Assembly (NCBI GenBank): GCA_050246315.1
Contig: JBFWWG010000001.1
Span: forward strand, 512,001-576,000
Length of the DNA: 64,000 nucleotides
Source: Nitrospiraceae bacterium
Lineage (GTDB): Bacteria > Nitrospirota > Nitrospiria > Nitrospirales > Nitrospiraceae
Direction: 5' to 3'
The notes beneath the pieces were generated by a model. The model was not told where the DNA came from, did not search any database, and saw nothing but the letters and a program-made list of their open reading frames with translations. Both the position numbers and the translations under genes were made by a program. Position 1 is the stretch's first letter. Every line of letters begins with the position of its first letter. Below, piece after piece: positions 18,589 to 28,260 of this stretch.

Positions 18589-19334
18589 GGAGCCGCGCCT
18601 GTAGCAGGACCGAGGCTCCAGCGCCGCCGAGGGACGCGTCATTCTTATCCGCCGGGGGGAAGCCTTCGGAAATTCCCTCGCAGACTCGGTCAGTTCCCGC
18701 TTTCCTCCCCGGCAGGAGGATCGTCTCGGCGGCAAGGTCGCCCCACGTCCCGTCACAGGCCCGACACGAGGAGGACAGGGAGAGACGAATCCACAGGCTG
18801 TGGTTTCTGCTGATAGCTCTTTCGATCTCTTGGTTAACGGTCGGGAAGGCGGGGGCTCAGTCGGGCGGGCTCACGCACGATCCGACGGAGATCCTCAATC
18901 GCTACTTCACGCTCGATTCGAAGGGCGCCCGGTTGGAATCCCTTTCGTACGAAACGGTTGCGCCCTATGTCGCCTGGAAGGACGAGCCGGTGTGGGGTCA
19001 TGCGGTCGTCATCGAGGGCTTCAAGGTGATCAACGAGACGAGCCAGTGGGAGATCGTGAACAACCTGGAGGTCGTGATCCCGGTCGAGTTCAAGGTGCTC
19101 GGCTTGGTGTACTATGAGAAGGCCATCTTCATCCCGGAGCCGGGACCGGAGGTGGTCCGAGTACGGGTCAAGGCGGTGAGGAATCGCTGGCGCATCGTCG
19201 AGCCCGTGCTGCCGCCCCACATCGGGCATAAGCGAATGATCAACCACGTCCGGCAGGCCTGGCTCGACGAAACGGACCAGGCCAAACGAGAGCAGTTGGA
19301 GGCGCTTCGAGAGGCGATCCGGAAGGCAAAATGA
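18585..19334 (+). CDS. Exported hypothetical protein
   Basis: Host-like coding signal from about 18790; signal peptide LWFLLIALSISWLTVGKAGA. True start uncertain. Confidence 0.65.
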   Translation: MRSRACSRTEAPAPPRDASFLSAGGKPSEIPSQTRSVPAFLPGRRIVSAARSPHVPSQARHEEDRERRIHRLWFLLIALSISWLTVGKAGAQSGGLTHDPTEILNRYFTLDSKGARLESLSYETVAPYVAWKDEPVWGHAVVIEGFKVINETSQWEIVNNLEVVIPVEFKVLGLVYYEKAIFIPEPGPEVVRVRVKAVRNRWRIVEPVLPPHIGHKRMINHVRQAWLDETDQAKREQLEALREAIRKAK

Positions 19335-19981
19335 CCATGCGTGTTCCCGTGAAGTTGTTGATTTTTGACCTCGACGGTACGTTGATTGAGTCCAGATGGG
19401 ATATCGCGAACGCCGTCAACCTGACGCTGCGGGATCTGGGATTGCCGGAACGGCCGCAGGAGGAGATCTTCGGATTCGTCGGCGATGGAGTGAAGCGCCT
19501 ATTGAGACTTGCGGTCGGCGAAATGGACGAGACTCGCTATGCCGAGGCCCTGCGCGTCTTTCGCGCCCATTATCTGGAGCATTGTCTGGATCGGACGAGA
19601 TTCTATCCCGGCGTCGAGCCCGTGCTGGCGCATTTCGCGCAGAAATCGAAGGCGGTCGCCACGAACAAGGCGTTGGAGTACACCAAGGTGATACTCAAGG
19701 GGCTGGGCGACCACCACTTCGACTACATCGTCGGCGGCGACAACGGTTTCGGGCTCAAACCCGAGCCGGGCATGCTGCTGCACATCCTCGATCAGTTGGG
19801 CGTGGACAAGGAACAGGCGGTGTTGATCGGGGACAGCACCAACGACATCAACGGCGGACACAATGCGGGGATTCGCGTGTGCGCGGTCGGGTACGGCATG
19901 GGCAATCGAGAACGGATGCAGGCCTGCCAACCGGACTGGTTTATCGAACGGCCGGAAGAACTCATGGAGATCTTTATATGA
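19331..19981 (+). CDS. gph: HAD phosphatase (phosphoglycolate phosphatase-like)
   Basis: FDLDGTL, ATNK, KPEP, IGDSTND. Confidence 0.85.
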   Translation: MTMRVPVKLLIFDLDGTLIESRWDIANAVNLTLRDLGLPERPQEEIFGFVGDGVKRLLRLAVGEMDETRYAEALRVFRAHYLEHCLDRTRFYPGVEPVLAHFAQKSKAVATNKALEYTKVILKGLGDHHFDYIVGGDNGFGLKPEPGMLLHILDQLGVDKEQAVLIGDSTNDINGGHNAGIRVCAVGYGMGNRERMQACQPDWFIERPEELMEIFI

Positions 19982-21642
19982 AACACAAGTTCAGGTCGAG
20001 GCTCAGGACAAGATTGAGGTTCGGATCGGGTGGGAGTCGAGATGTGAATCGGAGGACCTACTTGATGGTTGTCCCGGCATGCCTCATTCTCAGCCTGAGT
20101 CTCCACCTCGGCCTTGGGCTTGGCCTCGCGATGGCGGCCCCCGGCCTGATCGACCGCGTCATCGAACATCGGCTGGCGAACGGCCTCACCTTGCTTATGG
20201 TGGAGCGCCATCATGCGCCGGTTGTGTCCATCAACGTGACGTTCGGCGTGGGCGGCGTCAACGAACTGACCGGCCAGACCGGCGTGGCGCATCTGTATGA
20301 ACATATGGCCTTCAAGGGGACGCGTCGCCTCGGGACGACGAACTACGAGCAGGAGCGCCCGCTGCTGGAGGAGTTGGACCGGGTCAATGCCGAACTGGAA
20401 CAAGCGCGCCGGGAAGCCGCGGAATTGAAAAGCAAGGCACGGCCTGAGGACCAGGCGCTGCAAGCGAAGGTGGCCGAACTGGAAGCGCGCTTCATCCACC
20501 TTCAAGAGAAGGCCGGGGCCTATGTCGTCGAGAATGAAATCCCGCTGCTGTACCAACGGCACGGAGGCGTCGGGATGAATGCCTCGACCGGCAAGGATGT
20601 CACGCGCTATGTGGTCAGTCTGCCGTCGAACCGCCTGCCGCTCTGGGCCGCCATCGAGGCCGATCGCATGGGCCATCCCGTGATGCGGGAGTTTTATAAG
20701 GAACGGGCGGTGGTCATGGAAGAGCGGCGACTCAGAACCGACGACAGTCCGGCCGGGCTTCTGTACGAGGCGTTCTCGGCGGTGGCCTTTCATGCGCACC
20801 CCTACCACGCGCCGACCATCGGCTGGGGATCGGACATCCAAACTCTCACGCCGGCTGTGACGGAGGACTTTTTCAAGAGGTACTACGCGCCGAACAATGC
20901 GGTGATCGCGATCGTGGGCGACATCAACCCGACCGAGGTCGTCGAACTCGTGGAGCGGACGTTCGGCAAAATTCCAAGAGGCCCGATGCCGCCGCCGATT
21001 GTCACGGTGGAACCGGTTCAGCGGGGCGAACGTCGGGTGGAGGTGGAGTTCGATGCGGAGCCGGTCGTCCTGATCGGGTATCACAAGCCGGCCATCGGCC
21101 ATCCCGACGACTATGTGTTCGACGTGATCGAGGCGGTGCTCTCCGACGGCGTCACCTCCCGGCTCTATGAGCGGTTGGTGCGGGAGAAGAAGCTCGCGGT
21201 GTCGGTGGACAGCGATACGACGTTTCCCGGCGCGCAGTTTCCGAACCTGTTTGCGATCAGCGCGGCGCCGCGTGCGCCCCATACGACGGCTGAGGTTGAG
21301 ACAGCGATCTATGTCGAATTGGAGCGGTTGAAAACAGAGCCGGTCTCAAAGAGCGAGTTGGAGAAGGTGATCAATAATATCGATGCGTATCTCCTGCGGT
21401 CCCTGCGGTCCAGCAGCGGACTGGCCGGGTCGTTGGCCTATTACCAGACGGTCACGGGCGATTGGCGGTACCTCGTGACAGGGCGCGCTCGAATTGCATC
21501 GGTGACCCCGGAGGACATTCAACGAGTGGCGCGAGCCTACTTCACCAAGAGCAACCGAACGGTCGTGACCCTGGTGAAGGTCCCGGCCTCGAACAAGGTG
21601 GCCCACACGGAGCCGGCGACGCAGACGGAGGTCAGACCATGA
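19978..21642 (+). CDS. M16 zinc peptidase, catalytic subunit
   Basis: HLYEHMAFKG (HxxEH), NAST, VMEERR. Start may be slightly downstream. Confidence 0.92.
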   Translation: MKHKFRSRLRTRLRFGSGGSRDVNRRTYLMVVPACLILSLSLHLGLGLGLAMAAPGLIDRVIEHRLANGLTLLMVERHHAPVVSINVTFGVGGVNELTGQTGVAHLYEHMAFKGTRRLGTTNYEQERPLLEELDRVNAELEQARREAAELKSKARPEDQALQAKVAELEARFIHLQEKAGAYVVENEIPLLYQRHGGVGMNASTGKDVTRYVVSLPSNRLPLWAAIEADRMGHPVMREFYKERAVVMEERRLRTDDSPAGLLYEAFSAVAFHAHPYHAPTIGWGSDIQTLTPAVTEDFFKRYYAPNNAVIAIVGDINPTEVVELVERTFGKIPRGPMPPPIVTVEPVQRGERRVEVEFDAEPVVLIGYHKPAIGHPDDYVFDVIEAVLSDGVTSRLYERLVREKKLAVSVDSDTTFPGAQFPNLFAISAAPRAPHTTAEVETAIYVELERLKTEPVSKSELEKVINNIDAYLLRSLRSSSGLAGSLAYYQTVTGDWRYLVTGRARIASVTPEDIQRVARAYFTKSNRTVVTLVKVPASNKVAHTEPATQTEVRP

Positions 21643-23123
21643 GCCGCAGGATCGGAATACAGAGTGGCCCAAGCGCGCGACTGCACGTGTGGATCGTCCT
21701 CCTCGTCGGCCTGATGGCCGTGCTGCCGCTGAATCGCGCGAGGGCGGAGACGGCCTCGTTGCCCGACCCGCGCCAGATGAAATTCGACCCGGTGACGTTC
21801 ACGCCGCCCCATGTCGAACGGCTGGTGTTGGACAACGGCCTGGTGGTGTTTCTGCTGGAGGACCATGAGCTGCCGCTGGTGACGGTCTCGGCCATGATGC
21901 GGACCGGATCGTGGCTCGATCCCGAGGAGAAGACCGGGTTGGCCGGGCTCACCGGCCACCTGATGCGGACCGGCGGGTCCGGCAGGATGTCCGCCAACCA
22001 GGTAGACGAGGAATTGGAACGGATTGCCGCCGGCATCTCGTTCAGCATCGGGGAGGAGTCCGGATCGGCCACGCTCGATGTCCTGAAAAAGGACCTGCAT
22101 ACCGGCTTACGGATCTTCGCGGACCTGTTGCGTACGCCGGCGTTCGAGCAAGAGCGGGTGGAGCTGGCGAAGCTGCAAGCGATCGAGGGCATTCGCCGCC
22201 GGCAAGACCAGCCCGGCTCCATCGCTGCGCGCGAGTTCGCCAAGCTCATGTACGGTCCGACCCACCCCTATGCGCGCGAGAGCACGGTGGAGTCGATCAC
22301 CAAGATCACGCGCGACGATCTTGCCGAGTTTCATCGACGGACGATCCATCCCAACGGGTTGATCGTCGGCGTCAGCGGGGATTTCGAAAAGGCGGCGATG
22401 CTGGCGCTGCTGCGCGAGACCTTCGGCGACTGGGCCGGCGGCGACGTCCCGAAACTGACCATGCCGCCGATCGCTCCAGCCGCGGCGGAGCAATCGAAGA
22501 TGCTGGTGCACTATGTCGGGAAAGAGACCGCGCAGGCCCACTTGCGGGCCGGCAGCTTGACGATCAAGGAGACTCATCCGGACTATCCGGCGCTGGCCAT
22601 TGTGAACGATATTCTAGGGGGAGCCGGATTCCGCAGCCGATTATTCAAAGATGTGCGGACCAATCGCGGGCTCGCCTATTCCGTCGGCAGCCGGTTGCAG
22701 GCCAATGTCTACGAACAGGGGCTCTGGTACATGCGTGCGGAAACCAAGCTGGCCTCCGCGCAGGAGGTGATCGGCCGGTTTGTGGACAACGTGGAACGGA
22801 TGCGCAAGGAGCCGGTGACGGCCGAGGAGTTGGAGGAGGCCAAGGAGTCCTTCGTCAACTCGTTCGTCTTTTCGTTCGCCAGCAGCGCCAGCATCGTGGC
22901 CCGGCAGGTAGATCTGGAATACGACGGACTTCCCAAGGACTGGCTCCAACAGCTCCGCGACAAGGTGGTGAAGCTGACTAAGGAAGATTTGCTTCGCGTC
23001 GCGCAGACCCACCTGCATCCCGAGCGGCTGAAAGTCTTGGCCGTAGGGTCTCCGGCGGCGCTTTCCAAAGCGCTGGCGGGGTTCGGGGATGTGAGGGAGA
23101 TTAAGCTGCCGCCGGAGGGGTGA
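21639..23123 (+). CDS. M16 peptidase, non-catalytic subunit
   Basis: M16 fold without HxxEH; SRLFKDVRTNRGLAY. Confidence 0.9.
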   Translation: MSRRIGIQSGPSARLHVWIVLLVGLMAVLPLNRARAETASLPDPRQMKFDPVTFTPPHVERLVLDNGLVVFLLEDHELPLVTVSAMMRTGSWLDPEEKTGLAGLTGHLMRTGGSGRMSANQVDEELERIAAGISFSIGEESGSATLDVLKKDLHTGLRIFADLLRTPAFEQERVELAKLQAIEGIRRRQDQPGSIAAREFAKLMYGPTHPYARESTVESITKITRDDLAEFHRRTIHPNGLIVGVSGDFEKAAMLALLRETFGDWAGGDVPKLTMPPIAPAAAEQSKMLVHYVGKETAQAHLRAGSLTIKETHPDYPALAIVNDILGGAGFRSRLFKDVRTNRGLAYSVGSRLQANVYEQGLWYMRAETKLASAQEVIGRFVDNVERMRKEPVTAEELEEAKESFVNSFVFSFASSASIVARQVDLEYDGLPKDWLQQLRDKVVKLTKEDLLRVAQTHLHPERLKVLAVGSPAALSKALAGFGDVREIKLPPEG

Positions 23124-23153
23124 GGGGAGGAGCCGGTGGGACGGATGGGTCTC

Positions 23154-23362
23154 GTGCTCGCGCGCCCCGCACGCAAGATCAATCTGATTGTTCAAGTCGC
23201 GGGCGGTGCTCGGCGAACGCGCGCAATAAGCTCCATCCGTCCCGCCGTCTCGGCGAGTGAAGGTCAGAAAAAAGTGGACTCCTCGACGGCCGCAGTTGGA
23301 GAGTATCCACCGGCACACCGCCTTGGGAGACTGATGAAAGGGTGGATGCGCGCAGTGGGAAG
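23154..23362 (+). repeat. Repeat family C cluster
   Basis: GTGCTCGCGCGCCCCGCACG, CGACGGCCGCAGTTGGAG and GATGCGCGCAGTGG motifs. Confidence 0.6.
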
Positions 23363-23430
23363 AACCGCCCGCGTGTTCCGGAGGAGAATAACGCGAGGAG
23401 GAGCCAGCACAGCAAACAAGAGGATAGACA

Positions 23431-23643
23431 ATGGGACAGAATTACACTGCCGTGATTAAGCAAGATGCGGGTTGGTGGATCGGCTGGATTGAGGAAGTTC
23501 CTGGTGTGAACTGTCAGGAACAGACGCGAGAAGCGTTGATCGAGAGCTTGCGCGTGACTCTCAAGGAAGCACTGGAGCTGAATCGCCAGGATGCCTTAGG
23601 AGCGGCCGGTGAGAATTTTGAAGAAACTCCCATCGCGATATGA
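23431..23643 (+). CDS. hicB: HicB-family antitoxin
   Basis: YTAVIKQDAGWWIGWIEEVPGVNCQEQTREALIESL. Confidence 0.88.
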   Translation: MGQNYTAVIKQDAGWWIGWIEEVPGVNCQEQTREALIESLRVTLKEALELNRQDALGAAGENFEETPIAI

Positions 23644-23828
23644 AGCGCGAAGCCTTTCTGCGTCATCTTCGGCAATATGGTTGTGAGCTGCTCCGTGAAG
23701 GGGCGAGACATTCCTGGTGGCACAACCCTTCGCTGAATACGCGCTCAGCCGTTCCACGCCACACCGAGATCAACGACCATCTTGCCAGAAAAATCTGCAA
23801 GGACCTGAAGATCCCAATTCTGCCGTGA
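23640..23828 (+). CDS. hicA: HicA-family toxin
   Basis: LREGARHSWW, VPRHTEI, ICKDL; ATGA coupling to hicB. Confidence 0.9.
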   Translation: MKREAFLRHLRQYGCELLREGARHSWWHNPSLNTRSAVPRHTEINDHLARKICKDLKIPILP

Positions 23829-23886
23829 GCAGAAACACCGTCAATCGGCTGGAAGTGAATGGGCGAGCCAGCGGGTAGTTCTTCCG

Positions 23887-24210
23887 GTGCTCGCAGAGCC
23901 CGCACGATCGGAAGTGATGGAAGGGCGACTCGTGCCGATCCCTTGCTCCCAGAGCCCGCGTGCTCAGAAGCACGCGGGCTCGATGGCCGCAGTGGGACCA
24001 ACACGAGCGCCCTTCCGGGAAAAGAAGCAACGAGCAAGCTTTGAGGGATTAATTTGATGGTTGTTCGATGCGCGCAATTGAAGGCAAACCGAACAGCCGT
24101 TCGGAGGGGAGAAACGATATGGCCCGGCGGTGCCAGTGGACCTGTTGCTCTTCACATCGCAACGGGTCGCACGGTGATTGCAGTAGAATCGTTCATGAAT
24201 AATGCGGGCT
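23887..24210 (+). repeat. Repeat family C cluster plus one end of MITE family A
   Basis: GTGCTCGCAGAGCCCGCACG; hairpin GAGCCCGCGTGCT/AGCACGCGGGCTC; ends TCATGAATAATGCGGGC. Confidence 0.6.
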
Positions 24211-24224
24211 GAGGCGCTTGATAA

Positions 24225-24539
24225 CTACGATGCCATATTCAAGGCCCTCGACCCCGCCCACGGTTTGATCTTCGCGAGCTTGGCGCGCAATGCCCGCTCC
24301 GCCACTTCCATGTCATAGGCCGCTTGCGCTCGAAGCCAGTAGCCGTTCGACAGGCAAAAAAATCGGCACAAGCGCAAGTCGGTGTCGGCAGTCACAGCCC
24401 GTTTCCCCGCGACAATGTCGCCGATACGTTGCGCCGGCACACCGGTCTCCTTCGCCAGCCGATATTGACTGATCGCCATAGGTTTCAGGAATTCTTCCAA
24501 CAAGAGATCGCCGGGCGTCACAGGTTTGAGCTTGCGCAT
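24225..24539 (-). CDS. higA: HigA-family antitoxin
   Basis: PGDLLLEEFLKP, SQYRLAK, TADTDLRL, YWLRAQAAYD. Confidence 0.92.
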   Translation of the reverse strand: MRKLKPVTPGDLLLEEFLKPMAISQYRLAKETGVPAQRIGDIVAGKRAVTADTDLRLCRFFCLSNGYWLRAQAAYDMEVAERALRAKLAKIKPWAGSRALNMAS

Positions 24540-24551
24540 CGCTATCTCCGC

Positions 24552-24626
24552 TCAATGATAATCCACAATCTCGACATCTTCAGCGCCAGTATCCGTCCAA
24601 CGGAAACAGAGACGGAACTGATCGTG
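24552..24626 (-). pseudogene. higB: HigB toxin C-terminal remnant
   Basis: DQFRLCFRWTDTGAEDVEIVDYH* directly upstream of higA; no start codon, with an in-frame stop a few codons upstream. Confidence 0.85.
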
Positions 24627-24721
24627 TCGAAACGGAGTCGAGAGTCGTTTTCAGACGGTACCGCGCGGTCATTAGGTCACGACGCTGGCCGAGTTCAGGG
24701 AATCTCGAAAATAATCTCCAC

Positions 24722-25096
24722 TCACACGGCGATCTCGAGCTGAATTCGTTCATAGGGCACGGTCGGCGTGACGGAGTCGCGGAGATGCGCACCCGATTTC
24801 AGATGTACAAGTCCGAGATCGGTGAGGAGCTCCACATCGGCATGCACGTTCTTGAAGTTCCGGCGGGCCAGTTTGGCCAGGGCGGCAATGGAACGGGGGT
24901 GACGAAACCGGATCAGGTGAAGCAAGATTGAGCGAGACGGTGTGAGCACCTATCTCATGGCTTCCACGCTGACAAAGTAGACCCCCGCTCGTTTGGGTAC
25001 GACCTGACCTGCCTGAGGAGCATTGAGCGTCCCACCGAACTCCTCTAGCCTCTCCGATAAGGGACGCACTCCCACTTTCAGCCGTTTGATCTTCAT
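24722..25096 (-). pseudogene. HTH antitoxin-like (HVO_A0114-like) gene with an internal amber stop
   Basis: Two same-frame ORFs split only by TAG at 24950-24952; LTPSR...SIAALAKLARRNFKNVHADVELL HTH. Confidence 0.75.
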
Positions 25097-25269
25097 GGCT
25101 CGAACTCCTTCCCCCATCTTAAACATATCCTGGTGAAAGGTCTTGTCCTTGTAGGCTGCCATGGACTCTCCCGCCTCTGTTGTGTGAGACTGATTGCCCT
25201 AGAAGTCATTTCATAACCCAATGACCGTGCTTCGACAAGCTCAGCACGAACGGAGAAGAAATGAATGTT

Positions 25270-25523
25270 GGTGCTTCTCCGCCGGCGCTGTGAGAAAAAG
25301 GCGATGAATAGCCGCCGGCTCTAGCAAAGCTTGGTATGGAAAAGCAGGAGAAGAATCACTGAAGGGGTCTCTCCGGCGGCGTCAATGAAGAGGGGCGTCG
25401 CCCGATGAGCCGCCGGCTCAAGCAAAGCTTGGTATTAGAGTAAAGGACACTGGAGGATTTCTCCGCTCGCCTCAAATACGATAAAGCGATAAATAGGCTC
25501 GCGGCTCAAGCAAAGCTTGGTAT
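25270..25523 (+). repeat. Three tandem structured units (family B) ending AGCAAAGCTTGGTAT
   Basis: 15-mer at 25323, 25421 and 25509, each preceded by a TCTCCG...GC / GC...CGGCTC stem. Confidence 0.85.
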
Positions 25524-25536
25524 GGAGGGGATGGCC

Positions 25537-25830
25537 ATGGTGACCTATGTCTTGCTCCTCAACTGGACGGATCAAGGCATCAAGAACGTCAAGGATTCGC
25601 CGAAGCGGCTGGACGCGGTAAAAAAGCTCGCGAAAGACATGGGCGGCGAGGTCAAATCCTTCTTCATGACGTTGGGGGCTTACGACCTGGTCCTCATCGT
25701 CGAGATGTCGAACAACGACAAGCTGGCGAGTTTCGTGCTGAAGTTGGGCTCGCTCGGCAATGTCCGCTCGACGACGTTGAAGGCCTACTCCGAAGACGAA
25801 TACCGGCGGATCATTGGGAGCCTCAGTTAG
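25537..25830 (+). CDS. GYD domain protein
   Basis: WTDQGIKNVKDSPKR, TLGAYD, GNVRSTTLKAY. Confidence 0.88.
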   Translation: MVTYVLLLNWTDQGIKNVKDSPKRLDAVKKLAKDMGGEVKSFFMTLGAYDLVLIVEMSNNDKLASFVLKLGSLGNVRSTTLKAYSEDEYRRIIGSLS

Positions 25831-25875
25831 GTCCTGCCTGTTCGGACTGCACCCGGAGCGAAGGATCATTATATT

Positions 25876-26376
25876 ATGTATCCGGATATCACCGTCATCC
25901 AGGGCAGCATCCTGGACGCGAAGAAGGCCGATGTGATCGTCAACGCCGCCAACAGCCACGGTATCATGGGTGGCGGGGTCGCGGGGGTGATCAAACGGGC
26001 GGCTGGCATTGAGGTGGAGCAGGAGGCCAGAAAACAAGCCCCGATTCCGGTCGGCCATGCCGTGCTCACGTCCGGTGGCAAGACTCTCTTCAAGGGGATC
26101 ATTCACGCGCCGACCATGCCGGAGCCGGGCATGCGCATCCCGGCCGAGAACGTGGCGTGCGCGACCAAAGCGGCGCTGGCACTCGCTGACGAGAAGGGCT
26201 TCACTTCGATCGCGATTCCAGGCATGGGTACGGGTGTGGGCGGTGTCGATCCGAGCGATGCGGCCCGGCACATGATCACAACGATCCGGTCGATTACTAC
26301 GCGATCGGTTCAGCAGGTGATTTTGGTCGATATCGATCCCGCGATGGTGGCGGCGTGGCGCAACGAACTCACATAA
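25876..26376 (+). CDS. Macro domain protein
   Basis: IVNAANS, GGGVAG, IIHA, IAIPGMGTGVG. Confidence 0.92.
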   Translation: MYPDITVIQGSILDAKKADVIVNAANSHGIMGGGVAGVIKRAAGIEVEQEARKQAPIPVGHAVLTSGGKTLFKGIIHAPTMPEPGMRIPAENVACATKAALALADEKGFTSIAIPGMGTGVGGVDPSDAARHMITTIRSITTRSVQQVILVDIDPAMVAAWRNELT

Positions 26377-26395
26377 CGGAATAAGAGGCCGGCGC

Positions 26396-27238
26396 ATGAC
26401 ACTTGAAGATGAGTGGTGGGATATCGTCGGCAAAGCCCGAGTCGGTCAGGGGCTGAGCGATGTTCAGCTTGCGCATCAGAGCGATATCTCTTTGGCTGAA
26501 TTGCATGCTCTGAAAAACGGCAAGCCCCAGCAGCACGTGGAGGAGGTCGGGGCGATTGCACGGGCCTTGAAGCTACGCCCGGATCAACTCAGGCAGATCG
26601 CCCTGCAGCAATGGCAGCCGTTGCCTACCCCCCCGATGAGGCAGGTGGAAACCATCCGCGGCGACATCGGTGGCTATGAAGTGAAGGGCTACATCGTGCA
26701 TTCCGGCGGTGAGGCGGTTTTGATCGATACCGGATACAACGCGCCGGCGATGTCGGCGTTTCTGGAACGACGTCGATTAAAACTGATCGGTATTTGTCTG
26801 ACCCATGGCCATGTAGACCATGCGGGCGGGATCGATCAAATCCTGGCGAAGTGGCCGGTGCCGGTCTACCTCGGGACCGGGGATGAGCCGCTGCTGGAAT
26901 GGTCTCCGCCCCGCGAGTTGTTGGTGACGCCGGCCGACGGCCGGACCATCCGCGTCGGCGAGCTGACGATCGAATGTCTGACGACACCGGGCCATACGCC
27001 CGGCGGCATCTGCTACAAACTAACCCATCATGGTCAGCCCATTTGTTTCGTGGGTGACACGCTGTTTGCCGGCTCCATCGGCCGATCCAATCCTGCCACC
27101 CTGTATGACACCCACCTGGAATCGGTGCGTGGGCGCGTGCTAACGTTAGCGACAGAGACGGTGCTGTTTCCCGGACACGGGCCGGCGACGACGGTTCGGG
27201 AGGAGTGTGCGCAGAATCCCTTCGCCGGAGGGGCGTGA
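26396..27238 (+). CDS. HTH + metallo-beta-lactamase fold hydrolase
   Basis: N-terminal HTH; THGHVDH, PGHT, GDTLF, PGHG. Confidence 0.9.
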   Translation: MTLEDEWWDIVGKARVGQGLSDVQLAHQSDISLAELHALKNGKPQQHVEEVGAIARALKLRPDQLRQIALQQWQPLPTPPMRQVETIRGDIGGYEVKGYIVHSGGEAVLIDTGYNAPAMSAFLERRRLKLIGICLTHGHVDHAGGIDQILAKWPVPVYLGTGDEPLLEWSPPRELLVTPADGRTIRVGELTIECLTTPGHTPGGICYKLTHHGQPICFVGDTLFAGSIGRSNPATLYDTHLESVRGRVLTLATETVLFPGHGPATTVREECAQNPFAGGA

Positions 27239-27247
27239 TGCGTCGCC

Positions 27248-28240
27248 ATGGAGCCGGAGTCGGAACCTGAGTTTCGTGGTCATCTCTTGAATGGGTCGCT
27301 GCTCCGTGACTCCGACGGTCGGCAAACGGGCGTGCCTGCCGTAGCGAACGCCGCGATCGAAGAGGAGGAAGCGGAAGAGCAGCCTTCGCGAACGAGATTT
27401 CTGCTGCCCCTCGGGCTCTTTCTCTTGACCGGGTTCACGACCCTTTGGGCCGGCGCCTACCAAACCAATAGCAATCCCTTTCAAGGGCCATGGCAATTTC
27501 TTCGACAGGACCCAAGCGTCTTGTGGAAAGGCGTGCCCTTTGCCGCGACCTTGCTCGGCATCCTTGTGACCCACGAATTCGGGCACTATCTACTTTCCAG
27601 GATTCATCGGGTTCCCGCGACCCTGCCGTTCTTTATTCCCGGTCCGCCGCATTTCATCGGCACCTTCGGCGCCATCATCCGCATGAAGCCGATTCTGAAC
27701 CGTAAAGCCCTCTTCGACATCGGGGTGGCCGGTCCGATCGCCGGGTTTCTCGTCGCGCTGGTGATGTTGGCGATCGGGCTCAAATGGTCGAAGGTGGTGA
27801 CGGCCGATGAGAGTTTCGGCCTGCACCTCGGGGAGCCGCTGCTCCTACAATTCATGTCGTCGCTGATCATCGGCGACATCCCGCCGCGGGCCGATGTGAT
27901 TCTGCACCCGGTTGGATTCGCCGCCTGGTTTGGTCTCTTCGTGACCTCACTCAATTTGATCCCGATCGGGCAACTCGACGGAGGGCATGTCGCCTATGCG
28001 CTGTGGGGGCAGAAACAGCGAGCGATCGCGATGATTGCTGTGCCGATTCTGATCGTGCTGGGGTTCCAGGGCTGGCCCGGTTGGTTCCTGTGGGTCGGGA
28101 TGGCGGGGATGTTGGGGTTGTCCCATCCTCCCGTGCTTGATCCGTCGGATGAACTCGGTGTGACGAGAACCGTCATCGGGTGGTTCGCGCTGGCGATTTT
28201 CATCCTCACCTTTGCGCCGGTTCCATTCTCAGTGCATTGA
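27248..28240 (+). CDS. Site-2 protease (M50)
   Basis: HEFGH, NLIPIGQLDGG; multiple TM segments. Confidence 0.92.
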   Translation: MEPESEPEFRGHLLNGSLLRDSDGRQTGVPAVANAAIEEEEAEEQPSRTRFLLPLGLFLLTGFTTLWAGAYQTNSNPFQGPWQFLRQDPSVLWKGVPFAATLLGILVTHEFGHYLLSRIHRVPATLPFFIPGPPHFIGTFGAIIRMKPILNRKALFDIGVAGPIAGFLVALVMLAIGLKWSKVVTADESFGLHLGEPLLLQFMSSLIIGDIPPRADVILHPVGFAAWFGLFVTSLNLIPIGQLDGGHVAYALWGQKQRAIAMIAVPILIVLGFQGWPGWFLWVGMAGMLGLSHPPVLDPSDELGVTRTVIGWFALAIFILTFAPVPFSVH

Positions 28241-28260
28241 TTGAAGTAGGAGGTCGCATC

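Noticed and set aside
19396..19977. Long N-terminal extension of the M16 peptidase
   Set aside because: Overlaps the HAD gene in another frame; the likely start is at or after 19978.
24950..24952. Pyrrolysine or programmed readthrough at the in-frame TAG
   Set aside because: No pyl genes seen and neighbouring TA genes are decaying, so a nonsense mutation is simpler.
25270..25523. CRISPR array
   Set aside because: Period is 88-98 bp, the intervening sequences are mutually homologous and structured, and no cas genes are in the window.
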